Part shown: piece after piece, positions 1 to 14,822 of the stretch
How the letters are laid out: every line of letters starts with the position of its first letter
Position numbering within the stretch: position 1 is the first letter of the stretch
NCBI RefSeq assembly: GCF_009914755.1
Contig: NC_060932.1
Length of the DNA: 64,000 bases
From: the human T2T-CHM13v2.0 reference genome, Homo sapiens
Direction: 5' to 3' (one strand)
The notes under the pieces: model-generated
Told to the model about the DNA's origin: nothing
Seen by the model: only the letters and a program-made list of their open reading frames with translations
The model's database searches: none
Position numbers and translations under genes: made by a program

Positions 1-838
1 AATGAGTGAGTGAGTGGTGAGTGAATGTGAAGGCCTAGGACATGACTGTGCACTGCTGTAGTCTTCATAAGCACTGTACACTTAGGCTACGCTAAATCCA
101 TTAAAAACCACAGTTCTTTCTTCAATAATAAATTAGCCTTAGCTTACTATAATTTTTTTACTTTATACACTTTGTAATTATTTTTTAGCTTTTTGACTCT
201 TTTGTAATAGCACTTAGCTTAAAGCACACATTGAACTGTGGTGCAAAAGTATTTTTTCTTCATATCCTTATTCTATAAACTGTTTTCTTTTTTTGCCGTT
301 TTAAACTTTTTCTTAAAAACTATGACACAAACACACACATTAGCCTACACCTACACAGGGTCAGGATCATCAGTATCACTGTCTCCCACCCCCATATCTT
401 GTCTCAAGATCTTCACGGACCATAACATGCATGGAGCTGTCATCTCCTAAGATAACAATGCCTTCTTTCGGAATACCTCCTGAAGGACCTGCCAGAGGCT
501 GTTTCCCAGTTGACTTTTTTAATACGTAGAAAGAGTATGCATTAAAATAATGATTAAAAGTATAGTATAGTAAATGCATAAACCAATAACACAGGTGCTT
601 ATTATCAAGTTCTATGTACTCTACACAACTACATGTGCTGTACTATTGAAGGACTGCCAGCACAGTAGGTTTCTTTACACCAGCATCACTCCAAACTCAT
701 GACCAACGCATTGCACTTCGACCTTATGACTACAATATCATTAGGCAATAGGAATTTTTCAGCTCCATTACAATCTTACAGGATGACCATTGTATATGTC
801 CATCATTGACTGAAACATTGTTATGTGATGCATGAACA
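1..838. mobile_element. Tigger3/GOLEM (MER7-type) DNA transposon remnant, cut by window start
   Basis: The end gtccatcattgactgaaacattgttatgtgatgcatga resembles the Tigger3 TIR; internal gaatgtgaaggcctaggaca...tacacttaggctac motif. Confidence 0.8.
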
Positions 839-1199
839 TACCACATTTTCTTTGTCCATTCATCTGTCTATGGACATTTAAGTTGCTTCCATATCTTGGC
901 TATCAAATCTGAATTTTCTAAGAAAACCACTAATAACACATCAGGTTCATTCTACAAAAAGACTGTGATTCCATTTTGGCTTCACAGGAAAAGCTCATTC
1001 TCCTAAAACATCCCAACCCCATCTCAGGTACTTAGGTGACTTATGAGTATTTGATACTAATCAAAGATGGGTCAGTCATTAAGTCTTTTCACCATGCCTG
1101 TAAACCTGAAGCCCTTCACATAAACTTTAATGAATGGAACTGGCTTATATAGCATGCTTTCTTCTTTGTATTTTTTTCTTCTGTCAAAATAGTGTAATA

Positions 1200-1640
1200 A
1201 TCAAAAGTATTGCAGCATTGCATCCAGAACCAAAGAAACCTAATTTCAAACCCTAGCTCAGCCATTTTCTAGCTGTTTGACTTCAAGCAAGTTATTTAAC
1301 CTCTCTGAGACTTTATCCTCATTAATAAGGAGAAAAATACCATTAAATAGTTATTTATCAATTGCTTACAATTTATGAATTTTATCCCATTTTATCCTCC
1401 CTATAATCCTAAGAGATGAGTACTATAATTGATCACATCTTAATGTTGAAGAAATTGAGGCACAGAAAGGTTAAAGAATTGGCCAAGTATCTTACTCAAT
1501 CCTCACATCAATCCGACTAGATAGATACTATCTGTAGTCTCACCTTAAAGATGTAGAAACCAAGCCCAGAAAAGTCAAATAATTTGCCCATACTCAGACA
1601 GCCAGTATGTGGCAAGGCTCAGGTGAAAATCTAGACTGGC
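1200..1640. mobile_element. Cluster of MIR fragments
   Basis: MIR core motifs gcaagttatttaacctctctgag, gaagaaattgaggcacagaaaggttaa and gatgtagaaaccaagcccaga. Confidence 0.65.
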
Positions 1641-2856
1641 TGATGTGAGAGCCACAGAGCAAATGCTGTAGGCATGCACAGCATGTAGCACGATGCCTGT
1701 AACTCAGCTGCTTTGAAATATCAGAAAGCCATGCAGTATTGAGAAGTAGATACATCCCCAATAGCTCATTCAGCAAGAAGGTTGTGTGTGCATGCAGGTG
1801 CGTACGTGCATGAAATACACAATTTAAAACAGCACCTCAGTGAGGTGCTCAGAAAGAATGCAAACTCTGACATAAATCATCTAGATCTGATTCAGCTCCA
1901 CTCCTTATTAACTGATGAGTTTGGATAAATCACTTCATTTCTAAGCCTCAGGTTCTTTAACTAAAACATAGATAATAATATAAACAGTAGAGGGATGTTG
2001 TAAGCATAAGACATGTGTAAGTGCCAATCACACTGAACCAAACATGTACCTTACAAAGACTCCTCTCTTCACTGCCACTCCCTTCATCTTTCTCTTTATT
2101 GACTTGAAAGGGAAAAAAGCCACATGCAAGTCTTAAAATCATGCAGAACAAGAAACAGTTTTTACTAGGCAGGCCAGCCACATACTGTTGAGCAGGTTGT
2201 ACACTGCACAAGGGCACCCAGCCAAGGGAGCAAAGCTGAAATGTAGCTCACACCCTGCTTGGAGAAAGGATTCCATTTTTGTTCACGCAAAGGTATCTGC
2301 TACTCTAAAAGTGGCACGCCTATACAGCCGCACCACCCAGTAGTGTTTTCATTAAGTCATTCTAGACTGTATTCCTAGGACTTGAGAAACCAGAAAAATT
2401 CTCCATGGAAACTGAGTTATTCCTTTGCTACAATTTATAAAGTTCCTTTAAAGTCAGACTGCAAATACTAAAACAATTGGGTCCTTGCAGCAGCTTCCAG
2501 CACTCTTAGTCAGGTTACTTGTTCTAGATTGAATACAACTAAGTGAGAAAAGGTGTACTGTAATTCATGGATTAGATAATAAAGATGTAAATTTCCGTCG
2601 AGTTCATAAGAGTTGCAGCCTCACTATATGAGTAACATCCCTGAGCAGAGGTAGGTGCCAGACATTCATTCATCTGTTAAAGAAGAAAATGGAATTGCTC
2701 TGCATGATCCAGAAAGGAAGGGAGTAGAGATAAGAAACTAACTTTTTTCAGCATATACAAAGTGCTAGATTCTGTGCTAGGAAATATGAGAAACTTCCCT
2801 GTATCATCCTCATTATCAAAACTACAAATGTTTGTTTAAAATATTCACATGATTTA

Positions 2857-3171
<315 letters not shown>

Positions 3172-4862
3172 AAAGGTTGAGGATGAGAAAAGGAGACATT
3201 GACTTCTCTCTTTTTTTTTTTAACCCTTCCGCACTATTTTAATGTTTTCAACCAAATGTATAAGTAATTATGCTGGTAACCAGGAGAGATGAACTTTAAT
3301 TATGCTTGTAACCAGGAGAGATTGACATTATCACCAATTTTATATATGAGAAACCCAAGACTCAACAATGGTATGTAATTTTTTTGCAAGGTCACACAGT
3401 TAGGAAATGATGGAGCCAGTACTTGCCTTTGAAAACAATACTGTGTTAGACAGATGAGTTTGAGGGGATGGAAGAAAGAAGTTCAGAAAGTTCATTCTTC
3501 ATAACTTCACCTGTAACTAATATGGGCTACTAGGTTGTCTGCTAAGAAAAACAAGACCAGGGTATGATAAAGGACTTGAAGAAATGGGTTTAAAAATAAA
3601 AACAGAGCCACCATCATGGGCATGAGAAAGAAAGCTGACTGGGATGAAGTAAATGGATTGCTCAGCAAATATGAGGTCCTGCTAAGATTGGAACTCATAC
3701 ATTTGTAATGGAGCCAATCAGCACATTATGTAATTTTTTCCCAGCAGTGCTGGGCAAGCCCAGCAGCAGTTGATTCAGGATGGGTGAGGTAGGTGTGGTG
3801 TTAAGCAGGGGCTTTAAGAGTCTTGAGGAAACTTGCTGTTTAAAAGCAGGTAAGACGTGGACTGTGCTTTCCGTTCCCTTCTGAGAACACACTTGAAATA
3901 AAAGCAGAGTAGGGTTAAAAGGAAAGCATGACACCAAACTCCACAAAAATGGCAAGTAGATAGGCATGGGTTTATGTGAGACAGGCAGAGGCCGCCTTGG
4001 AGAAAGAGGAGCCAGCCTGCCCGATCGAATCTCCATGGGTTCTGAGCTCAAAGTGAGCAGATGTGACAGAAGGCAAAAGTGAGATGTGGAGAAAAAACTG
4101 TGGGCCTCCCTGGAGATCTAAGGAAGACAAATTGTATCAGTGAGCCCTTCCATTCTCATTTATCCGTTGCCTCCCATCTCCAATTTACGGCCCAGAAATT
4201 CATCAGGAAGTGCTTCTCTAAGGAACCTGGAAGAAATTTAAAAAGCTAAACTTCTACTCTAGATGTTGAGAACTCTGAATAAAATCCCCTCATTCTTGTA
4301 TTTGAGGTAGAGGGAGAGAAAAGACACGATCTGAGATATGTTAGGCTGAGTATTGTCATCTGCAAAGCCCAGAATAAACAAACAGAAAAACTGATTCTTT
4401 AAAACAAAATGATAAAATGCAAGGCATAAAAACAAAGTTAAAAGAAAGATCCTAATTATATGTGCAGAGAGATCTGAGAAGACATTACTCCATAAAACAA
4501 CACCAGAATGCTATGAAAAGGGAACACTCAGAATCCAGCAAAGAAAAAAATCCTCAAAATAAAAAATGTACATAAAGATAGAAAACAAGGCTTAAAAAAA
4601 TCTCTCATAGCAAAAGACAAAAGCATGCAATATGAGAGAATAAATTAAACACACAGGCAACCAGTCCATACGTTCCAACATCTGACTAACAACAGTACTA
4701 GAGAACACAGGGAAAAGAGAAAATGAGTTTAAAAAAAAAGACATATGTTGCATTAAAAGGGTCAGAAAGTGCCTAGTACAATGAATGAACAAAGCCCTGT
4801 GCCGAGGCACTCATTCATTCGTTCATTCATTCATTCACACAACAAATATCATACATATTTTA

Positions 4863-5106
<244 letters not shown>

Positions 5107-5489
5107 TTAGACAGAGGGGACAAAAGCAAAGCAAATCATTAAATGAGATAATTTCAGATAATGTTAAGTGCCATGAGGAAACTAAGGAGAAATAATGTAA
5201 TCAAGAGTGGGGGGACAGCGGGCTCCCCTAGATTGGGCAGAGATGGAAAGCCTCTCTGAGAAGGTGGCATTAGGATTATAAGAAGGCTCCATCCATGACA
5301 AAATCTGAGGGTAAATCATTCCTTAAGAAATTTCACAACACCTTGAAAAAAAGTATTCTGAAAACTTCCAAATAAAGTTAGCCACAGAGAAATGAGAACT
5401 AAGGCTGAAATTACATTTCTTATCAGCAACAGAACATGCTAGATGACAAATAAAGCAATGGTTTCCAAGTCCCCAGAAAGATAATTTTT

Positions 5490-6356
5490 TTTATTTTTAC
5501 TTGTTTGTTTGTTTCAATTTTTTTAAACTTATTTTAGGTTCAGGAGTACATGTGCAAGTTTATTATACAGGTAAATTATGTGTTAAGCGGGTTTGGTGGA
5601 CAGATCATTTCATCACTCAGGTAATCAGCACAGTACTCAATGGGCAGTTTTTCCAACCTCTCCCTCTTCCCACCCTCCAGTGTTGACCCCAGGGTCTGTT
5701 GTTCCCTTCTTTGTGTCCATGTGTACTCAGTGTTTAGCTTGTAAGTGGGAACATGCGGTATTTGGTTTTCTGTTCCTGTGTTAGTTTGCTTAGGATGATG
5801 GCCACCAGCTCCATCCATGTTGCTGCAAAGGGAACGGTCTCATTCTTTTTTATGGCTGCATAGTATTTCGTGGTGTGTATATGCCACATTTTCTTTATGT
5901 AGTCTCTTATTGATGGCCATTTAGATTGATTCCATGTATTTGCTATTGTGAATAATACTGCAATGAACATATGTGTGCATGTGTCTTTATGGTAGAATTA
6001 TTCATATTCCTTTGGATATATAACCAGTAATGGGATTGCTGGGTTGAATGGTAATTCTGTTTTAAGTTCTTCGAGAAACCATCAAAGTGCTTTCTACAAT
6101 GGCTAAACTAATTTACACTCCCACCAGCAGTGTATAAGCATTTCCTCTTCTCCACAACCTTGACAGCATCTGTTATTTTATTACTTTTTAGTAATAGCCA
6201 TTCTGACTGATGTGAGATGGCATGTCACTGTGGATTTGATTTGCATTTCTCTAATGACTAGTGATGTTGAGCATTTTTTCATATGCTTGTTGGCTGTGTG
6301 TATGTCTTCTTTTGAAAAGTACCTTCTCATGTCCTTTGCCCACTTTTTAATGGGGC
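5490..6356 (-). mobile_element. 5'-truncated older primate L1 (L1PA/PB) 3' end
   Basis: ORF2 C-terminal peptide MFIAVLFTIANTWNQSKWPS...; 3'UTR and T-tract; flanking repeat gataattttt at about 5480 and 6358. Confidence 0.92.
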
Positions 6357-7490
6357 TGATAATTTTTTAACCTAGAATTCTACGCCTGCTTAAACTATCA
6401 CTTCAATGTGAAAGAACAAAGATGCTTTAATATGCTCACAGGCTCAGAAATACTTTCTTCCCATGTTCCCTTTCCACGGAAGTTATCTGAGGTTTTTTTC
6501 TGGCAAAATGAGGAGTTACCAAATAAATAAACAAACAAAAACTAGTGGATACAACTGACGAAACTTCTGAAAGGAGGTCCCAGGATGTAAGTTATGTCAA
6601 CTGAGCAAGCAGTCCAATGTGAAGCAGGAGGATGGAGTTCAGGGAAAGAGGAAGATTCAGTAAAACAGAAAGCGTGAATGAGAACTTAGGAAAACATATG
6701 GACATGATCAAGGCAAGTAGCAAGAGAAAGAAGAGGCCCTTAGACCTTGAGGACAGTAACACAAGAAAGATATAGTCCATCTACGACACAATTTTAAGCA
6801 AATTCCCATCCCTTCTCTACTTAGGTAACTGCTCCTTCCCTCATACTCCCTGTTTTCTGGAGAAAATGCACCAAAGGCTCTGGCATAAGAGCACCACACA
6901 TAAAGGAGAAGTTCGGTGAGATGCTAGAATGATGACAGGGAAGTTAGGTAAAAGCCTGCAAAATGAACAGTGAGGACCCAGGCCCGTTCCCCCAACTCTC
7001 AGCTCTAGGATGCCAGCAGCAAGGCTTACAAGCCTGTAGTCCTCCCCAGCAGGGCCCTAGCAGGAGAGAAAGGAGCATCCATCTCTTGAGGAACTGAAGC
7101 ACCTCAGAGGTAAGCCCTTGGGTTCTGACACTGCAGCACCCTGATGAAAACTCCAGTTGTATCCACCTCCCACAGCGAGACCCACCAGATGACAAGACCT
7201 ACCCTCACACACACACACAGCAAACTGCTCAGCTTTTTAAGTTCTCATTCTTCAATACCATGAGCAAGCTAAGGATCACCAGAAATTTGAGCAGAGCTGC
7301 TAACACAATCAAGACGGCAAAATAAACAGAAAGTTAGGCACTTATAGGACACAGAGACAAATTAGGAAAGAAAAGGAAGTCTAAATAATGTTGGAAAAGT
7401 AAGAGAAAATATTCCACTCATAAAGCAAGATGGTTAGAAACAAGGGACATTCTGAAATCCAGCAAGAATTTTGCAATTAAAAATATGATA

Positions 7491-7760
7491 GGCTGGGTGA
7501 GGTGGCTCACGCCTGTAATCCCAGCACTTTAGGAGGCCAAGGTGGGCAGACTGCTTGAGCTCAGAAGCTCAAGACCAGCCTGGGCAACATAGAGTGACCG
7601 CATCTCTACAAAAAATTATCCCAGTGTAGTGGTGGACACTTGCAGTGGATGAGGTGGGAGGATCACTTCAGACCAGGAGGCAGAGATTGCAGTGAGCCAT
7701 GATCGTGCCACGGCACTCCAGCCTGAATGACAGAGCAAGACCCTGTTTCAAAAAAATAAA
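7491..7760 (+). mobile_element. AluJ with internal deletion
   Basis: Diverged dimeric Alu with gcttgagctcag and ctgggcaacatag J-type features. Confidence 0.9.
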
Positions 7761-7877
7761 GATGACAGCCAAAATAAAGAATTCAACAGAGGACTTAGAA
7801 GATAAAATGCAAGAAATCTTTTTTAAAAGTAGAACAGAAAAGGACATATGAAATGGTGATAAATAATAAGGAAAGGA

Positions 7878-8100
7878 GGATATGAGAGTAATTTGGCTGT
7901 GACACCTGCCACCGCATTGATTGTCAGGGTTGATTCAGCTGATCTGGCTGAATAGACGGGTGTGCCCCTGCCTCCCTCACTGCTCCACCTGCGTCCCTCC
8001 TGAAGCTGCACACTTGGTCAAAGAGGGCAACCTTCTCTGACAGAGGAGGATCATTCTTTGGTCAAAGGCATGCAAAAAGTTGCCAGTATCCCCAAACAAG
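7878..8100 (+). pseudogene. 3'-truncated 7SK snRNA retropseudogene
   Basis: Colinear with the 7SK 5' portion: ggatatgagagtaatttggctgtgacacctgccaccgcattgattgtcagggttgattcagctgatctggctg...cctccctcactgctcc...gaagctgc...gaggagga...ccaaacaag, with many CpG-decay changes. Imperfect flanking direct repeat aataaggaaagga (7865-7877) / aacaagaaaagga (8101-8113). Confidence 0.93.
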
Positions 8101-8935
8101 AACAAGAAAAGGAGAGATCAATGAAGGGGAGAACGAGAAAAAATGGCAAGGAGAAAAAAGAAATTAAAAACAGACCTGAAAAATAATAGTCTCCAGTCAG
8201 AAAGAGCTCACCATGTGCCTAGCAAAAAATCAAAATGATCCATCTCAAAACACATCATAGTAAAATTCTGAAATACTAGTAATAAAAGGAAGCTCCCAGG
8301 AAGGAAAAATACATCTCATACAAAGCATTGGGAAAAAGAAAAGCCAGACTTCCAAAAAGAGCATTAGAAATTAGATGACAATGGGGCAAAAACTTCAAAA
8401 CTCTGAGTAAAAATGACTCATCCAAAATTTCAGCCACCTTGGCAATCAAATGTAACGGTGTGTATGTGTGTGTATATATTTATATATAATATTTATCAAT
8501 ATATATAATAAAAAGTCTCCCAAGAAACCAAAGTTACAGCCTACACAACCTTTTTGTAGCTACTGGAGGATGTGCTCCATCAAAATGAGGGAGTAAATCA
8601 AAAAAGAGGACTCCACAGAGTCCAAAAAACAAAGGATCAATACAGAGAGAGGCACAGGAATTCTCAGGATGACAGCCGGGCAGCCAGCCTAGAAACATTG
8701 TGTCCAGATGAGAGTAGGGGGACTGTGGGCCCTGCACAGATGACTCCAAGGAGTGGGGAAATGGAACTCTGAGCTCATCAGATAAGTGGAAGGTCATGTT
8801 GAGATACTTTTTGAGCTCTCAGAGGGTGTGGGAAACTGGATGCAGATTCAAAGAAAGCAAAGTAAATGAAAATAAGGCAATTATTAATTCCAGGAAAATC
8901 AGTGTTACACAAATAAGGAAATCTAATCATGATAC

Positions 8936-9531
8936 TGTAAACCAAAAATAAAATTCTAAGGCCCCCCAACCAACTCAATGGACTTCCTTCTCAGCCAGGG
9001 CTATTTAAAATTTAACCTGAGATATTAGTTCAGACCAGGATGGGAAGTGGGGAGTCTGGCATGACTCATTATACCTCTCCAACATTAACATCAACACAGA
9101 CTTGAAATCTGATAAGAAACATTTTACAGTCTATTCTCTCTGAAGCCTGCTACTGGAAGACTTCCTCTGCAAGTAAGAACTTGGGTCTCCACAGTCCTTT
9201 ATCCTAACCCAGACATTCCTTCCTATGGATCCCAGGTCTTTAGATAAACTCAACCAATTGTCATCCAGGAAATTTTTTAATCTACCTAAAAGCTGGAGGC
9301 CCCTGCTTCGAGTTGTCCCGCCTTTCTGGACCAAACCAATGTACTTCTTAAATGTATTTGATTGAAGTCTCATTTCTCCCTAAAATGTATAAAACCAAGC
9401 TGCACCCCGACCACCTTGGGCACATGTTCTCAGGACCTCCTGAGGGCTGTGTCCCAGGCCATAGTCATTCATATTTGGCTCAGAATAAATGTCTTCAAAT
9501 ATTTTACAGAGTTCGACTCTTTCCATTGACA
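8936..9531 (+). mobile_element. MER4A-type ERV1 solo LTR
   Basis: Starts TGTAAACCAAAAATAAAATTCTAAGG and ends ...gagttcgactctttccattgaCA; perfect 4-bp TSD atac/atac; AATAAA near 9484. Confidence 0.88.
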
Positions 9532-10148
9532 ATACACATGTCATAAATTTAACATGAAAATACAAAAAAAGGATTTGACCACAATTTGTAAAGGTAAAGT
9601 GAAGCTCCTCATTTGCCAAGCTAGGAAGTCACAAATAATACCTTAGTTTGATTAATTTATATAGTATTTCTGAAAAATACAGAGTCACATTGTAGAAGAA
9701 ACAGCTAAAAAGAATTTAAAATTATTGCCCCTGCAAATCAGAGCTAGTCATAAGACTGCTGGGTTTTTGTTATGAACTTTTTAATTCTATTTATGTTCTC
9801 TAATTTTAATAAAACATAATTTGATAGAAATAAAAATTATTCTTAATTTATTAGTGATGACTAATGACAAGAGCTAGCCTTCAGTGCCTCACACTGAGCT
9901 GAGAGCTTTACATGTGTTACACACATAACCCTTGCCCACAACCTTCTGAGATTGCTGCTAACATCACCCCAATTTACAGAAGTAGATATTGAGGTTTGGC
10001 ATTAAGCAACCAGCCAAGCAGAGTCAAGATCCAAATTCTAATTCCACTCCAGAGCCTGAGTTCTTATTCTATACTGCTTTTTCATTTTTAGAGACTTTAT
10101 TGTTTGTGCCATCCTATTAGGCACTATCAAGAAGCCACATACCCGGTA

Positions 10149-10182
10149 CACACATCTTACACACACACACACACACACACAC
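10149..10182. repeat. (CA)n microsatellite
   Basis: Directly visible interrupted CA run. Confidence 0.9.
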
Positions 10183-10467
10183 CAATGTCTTCTGGTAGAA
10201 AAATAACTCCCAGGACAAAAGATGGCACAGTATTCTGTAATCTAAATAAACTCTGATTTGTTATTCCTTCTCCTCACTCCCAAACATTCTAAATTGGCTA
10301 GATGAAATCAAAGCTTTTGTTATTCAAATGCAAAGTGGAACATTTTAGAACATAAAACTCCACTGAGAAACAAAAGGAAACAGAAGTGTTTCTTGGCACC
10401 AAGCACCAAAACTTGGACAATGAAGCTCTGTTAAATGAGCAGATCCTAACAAAACTACATGTGGTTA

Positions 10468-10814
<347 letters not shown>

Positions 10815-11052
10815 TTAAGGTTTTCATAACTCTCACAGAAGAGCTTTCCACCTCCTTTTGGTGAGGGTGTGGGGAAAACAGCACTCATATCCATTGCTGG
10901 TGAGGTATTGGTACAATACCTGTGGAGGTAATTTGGTACTATTTATTCAATCTCACTTCTGAGAATTTATCCTGCACATACAGAGCACACAAGAGAAGTG
11001 ATAAATGCCTTGAAGTTATTTATTGCAGCATTGCTTTTAACAACTAAAAATT

Positions 11053-11195
11053 AACTGGGCACGGTGCCATATGCCCATAATCCCAGCTACTTGGGAGGCT
11101 GAGACAGGAGACTCACTTGTGACCGGGAGTTCAAGACCAACCTGGGCAACATAGTGAGACGATGTCTATAAATACATAAATAAATAAATACAATT
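11053..11195 (+). mobile_element. FLAM/Alu monomer
   Basis: Single-arm Alu with (TAAA)n tail. Confidence 0.85.
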
Positions 11196-11729
11196 AAAGA
11201 TTAGGAACAACCCACTGCCCACCAAATGGGGGCAGGTTAAATACAAAGTGGAATACAATGGAATGCTATGCAGTGGTTAAAGGCAGTGCTTATGGGCACA
11301 GACACTGTAGCCAAATTGCCTGAGGTTAAGTCTTGGGTTCTGGACAGTGGTGCACTGGAGGCAGCCACCCTGGATGACAAGATTCTACTGCGAAATTCTA
11401 AGGGATTTTGTCAATTGTTTGTTTAACACAACTATTTTTAAAAATTAAATGATATAAACATACAATTAAATGGTATTAAAGACAAGGATAATAAATACGT
11501 AAAACTCATCATCTTCTAATTATTTTACTATTATCAATGCTCTTGCCTAGGCTATTTAAGTCTATTCTACCTGTATGATAGAAACATTATACAATGGTGT
11601 GTGACTTAGCACCTCCTCCCAATTCGGTGTTCAGGGTCGACAAGTTGGTGACATGAAATCAGCCACAGAGGTGTATTTACATCTCAGAATTGCCAAATGC
11701 CACAAATCAGGGCTTTTTTTTACTTTTTA

Positions 11730-11861
11730 CTTTTTGTATAAATGGGTTACCACTATGTTGCGCAGGCTGGTCTTGAACTCCCAGTCTCAAGTTATTCTCC
11801 TGCGTCAGCCTCCCCCAAGTGCTGGGGTTACAGGTCTGGGCCACTGCACCAGCCATGAGCC
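11730..11861 (-). mobile_element. FLAM/Alu left monomer
   Basis: cactatgttgcgcaggctggtcttgaactcc...gtgctggggttacagg. Confidence 0.8.
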
Positions 11862-12684
11862 TTTTTTAGAGAGCCATTTAAACATTTGTCAGCAGTCCAT
11901 TGGTTACATGTGATCAGTACCTCCGTTTTGCTATCTGTAAACTCAGGATGATAACAGCACCTATTTGATAGGTTATTGAGAGGATTCATGGATTAACATA
12001 TGTAAAGCACTTAAGAGAATGCTCAGCCTGCAATACAGTCATGGTAAGGGGGAGTTATGCTTCAGATTGTTACTACCAGTACTGAAAGATCTCCAAGCTA
12101 TATTGTTCCATTTTTTAAAAGCTCAGCAAAGCATGTATGAATGCTCTATTTTAGATACAAAAGAGGGACAATTGAAAATACATATCCACAATGTCTTAAA
12201 TAAAGAAGCCTTGGAAGGATATGCAAAAAAATGAATGAAAGGGGTTACCTGTTTCATCTTTGCTTGCAGGAATGGGAAGAGCTAGGTGGATGGAGGACTT
12301 GGGTAAGAGCAAGAGGTTTCACTGTACCTTGTATTTTCATTGAATTTTATGTTTTTGAGCTACAGAAACACATATTCCCTATTAAAACATTATAATAAAA
12401 ACCAAACAATTTTCATTAATCCAATAAGCATTTCATCCTCATCTGATGTAATTAAAATGCTATGAAAGTCCCTCTGTGGGGTCAGAAGGGGCACAGAGGA
12501 AGACGAGACCCTGGCTTCTGCCCTGCAGGAGTGCATGCTCCACTTGGAGAGGCAGAGCACACAGAGCACACACAGGGAGAACAGCTTGGAGGGAGGGGTA
12601 TGAGGCTGACTGCAGATGCACAAACACCACAGGGCTTTGCACCTCCATCGTGCAGACACGACACGGCTCTTAAGAGGTACTTAC

Positions 12685-12883
12685 CCTGTTGTATAAGGGA
12701 TGTTTATGCCCCCTAGATTAATGCTTTCACATCCAACAATAAATAGGGTTGAAAAACATAGTAAAGACACACCACTGCAGATCATTGCTAGTTTTGCAGA
12801 TTCTCTGGCACCAAGTTTCAATTTTTTTATAATGTAGCCTCCGAGGACAATACCAACACCAGCACTGGGGACGATAATAACCC
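12685..12883 (-). CDS. SLCO5A1: SLCO5A1 internal coding exon (probably exon 6); absent from the ORF track
   Basis: Pyrimidine tract ctctccttctcttctccccAG (12885-12884) and donor GG|GTAAGT (12684-12683). 199 bp = 2+65 codons+2, reading (G)[65 protein letters not shown](G). Two hydrophobic segments and the OATP G-x-x-x-GG motif; in frame with the 165-bp exon. Confidence 0.97.
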
Positions 12884-13049
12884 CTGGGGAGAAGAGAAGG
12901 AGAGGATTAATTTGAACTCATGTACACTATTATTCATCTTATCTATTCTGTCTCTTGCTCAGTAGTACTGAGGTAAAAAATCAAAAGTTACTATAATCAA
13001 TACATCTTCATTGTGTGTGATTTTATAGTATAATATTATTTTCAACACA

Positions 13050-14510
13050 TACAATCAACAACGGACTCACATCCAGATTTCAATAAAAACTTTCATAAAG
13101 CAATAAAATAAAGACAAGCAATCCATTACAAAAGTGAGTAAAACTTGAATAAGTTCTTCACCAAAGACAAAATCCAGACAAACAATAAACACGTGAAAGG
13201 GGGTCAACCTCATTACACAGAAGGAAATACAGGTGATGCACTTAACACATAGAAATGATAAATACTCAGGTGACAGTTACCCTAAATACCCCAATTTGAT
13301 CATTACACATTCTATGCATGTCACAACATTCCACATGTACCTCATAAATATGTACGAATGTAATGTATAAAATTTTTTTAATTTAAAAACCACAGTGAAA
13401 TACCACTACCTACCAATCACGTTTGTGAAAATTGTAAAGTCTGAAAATACCACACGTTAAAGATGTAACGTACTGGGAACTCTCAACATGTTGGCAGGAT
13501 GTAAATCTCAACACTCACTTTGAAAAACAGTTTGGCATTATCTGGTAGAGTTGAAGATATACATGCCCTGTGGCAATCAATTCCATTCTTGGATCTATAC
13601 CCTGAAGAAACTTGTGCACATGGGTACCAAAAGAAGTGGACAAGATATTTGAAGCATTATAATTGTAAAAAACTGGAAATAAACCAAATGTCCATTAATA
13701 AATATATCATATATGGTATGTCTATATAAAGGATTGCTTCTATACACTCATTAAATGGAAAGAAACATAGCTACACACAACTTCGTATGAAGAATTATAC
13801 AAAGACAATGATGAATGGAAGGAACCACATGCAGCAGAATGCACAAGACATCACTACGTTGGTATGAAGTTCAACAACTTATAAAACTAAACAGCATTGT
13901 CTGGGAATGCACAAACAGGTAGTACAACTATGAAGAAAACCCAGGAGTAATTAACATAAAAGCCAAGATAGTAGAGGGATTCATGGTATAAGGAAGGGAT
14001 GCAGGAGGTTCCTCTGGTGCTGAAAAATACTTCATGCCATGACCTGGGTAATAGTTACTGCTGTGGTCTGAATGTTTGTGTCCCCAAAAGGTTCACATGA
14101 TGAAATCCTAATCCCCAGAGTGATTAGGAGGTGGGGCCTTTGGAAGGTGATTAAGTCACAAGAGTGGGAGGCCTAATGAATGGGATTCATGCCCTTATAA
14201 AAGAGGCCTGAAAGAGCTACCTCACCTTTCCATGTGAAGTTACATGGTGGGAGGTCACATGTGAGAAGACAGCCTTCTATGAGAAATTGGGCCCTCCTTC
14301 ACCACACGGGGCCAGGGCCTTGTTGTTGGACTTCCCAACCTCCAGAACTGTGAGAAATAAATTTCTGTTGTTTATAATCCACCCAGTCTATGGTAATTTT
14401 GTTACAGCCACCTGAATGAACTAAGACAGTTACACAGTGTTAACTTTATAATTATCTTTAAATTATGTTTAATGTACTTCTGGGTATGTTATTTTTCACT
14501 GTAAAAAAAT
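13050..14510 (+). mobile_element. Old L1M 3' fragments (interrupted by MLT1A)
   Basis: Degenerate L1 ORF2-end/3'UTR motifs such as aaaaccacagtgaaataccac, ttgaaaaacagtttggca and gatcattacacattctatgcatg. Confidence 0.7.
14059..14428 (+). mobile_element. MLT1A-type MaLR solo LTR
   Basis: TGCTGTGGTCTGAATGTTTGTGTCCCC...AATAAA...CTAAGACA; perfect 5-bp TSD gttac/gttac. Confidence 0.9.
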
Positions 14511-14519
14511 AAAGAAATT

Positions 14520-14822
14520 GGCCAGATGCAGTGGCTCACATCTGTAATCCCAGCACTTTGGGAGGCCGAGGCTGGCGGATCAGTTGAGGTCAGGAGTTCG
14601 AGACCAGCCTGGCTAAAATGGCAAAACCATGTCTCTATTAAAAGTTCAAAAATTAGCTAGGGGTGGTGGCGTGCGCCTGTAATCCCAGCTACTCAGGAGA
14701 CTGAGACAGGAGAATCGCTTGATTGAACCCTAGAGGCAGAGGTTGCAGTAAGCCAAGATCGTGCCGCTGCACTCCAGCCTGGTTGACAGAGTGAGACTCC
14801 ACACCTCAAAAAAATAAAATAA
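14520..14822 (+). mobile_element. AluS
   Basis: Full dimer; TSD-like aaataaagaaat. Confidence 0.95.

Noticed and set aside
12390-12716. Cluster of five Cys-rich ORFs next to the 199-bp exon
   Set aside because: CA/GA-rich low-complexity intron; none is in the exon frame and no domain is evident.
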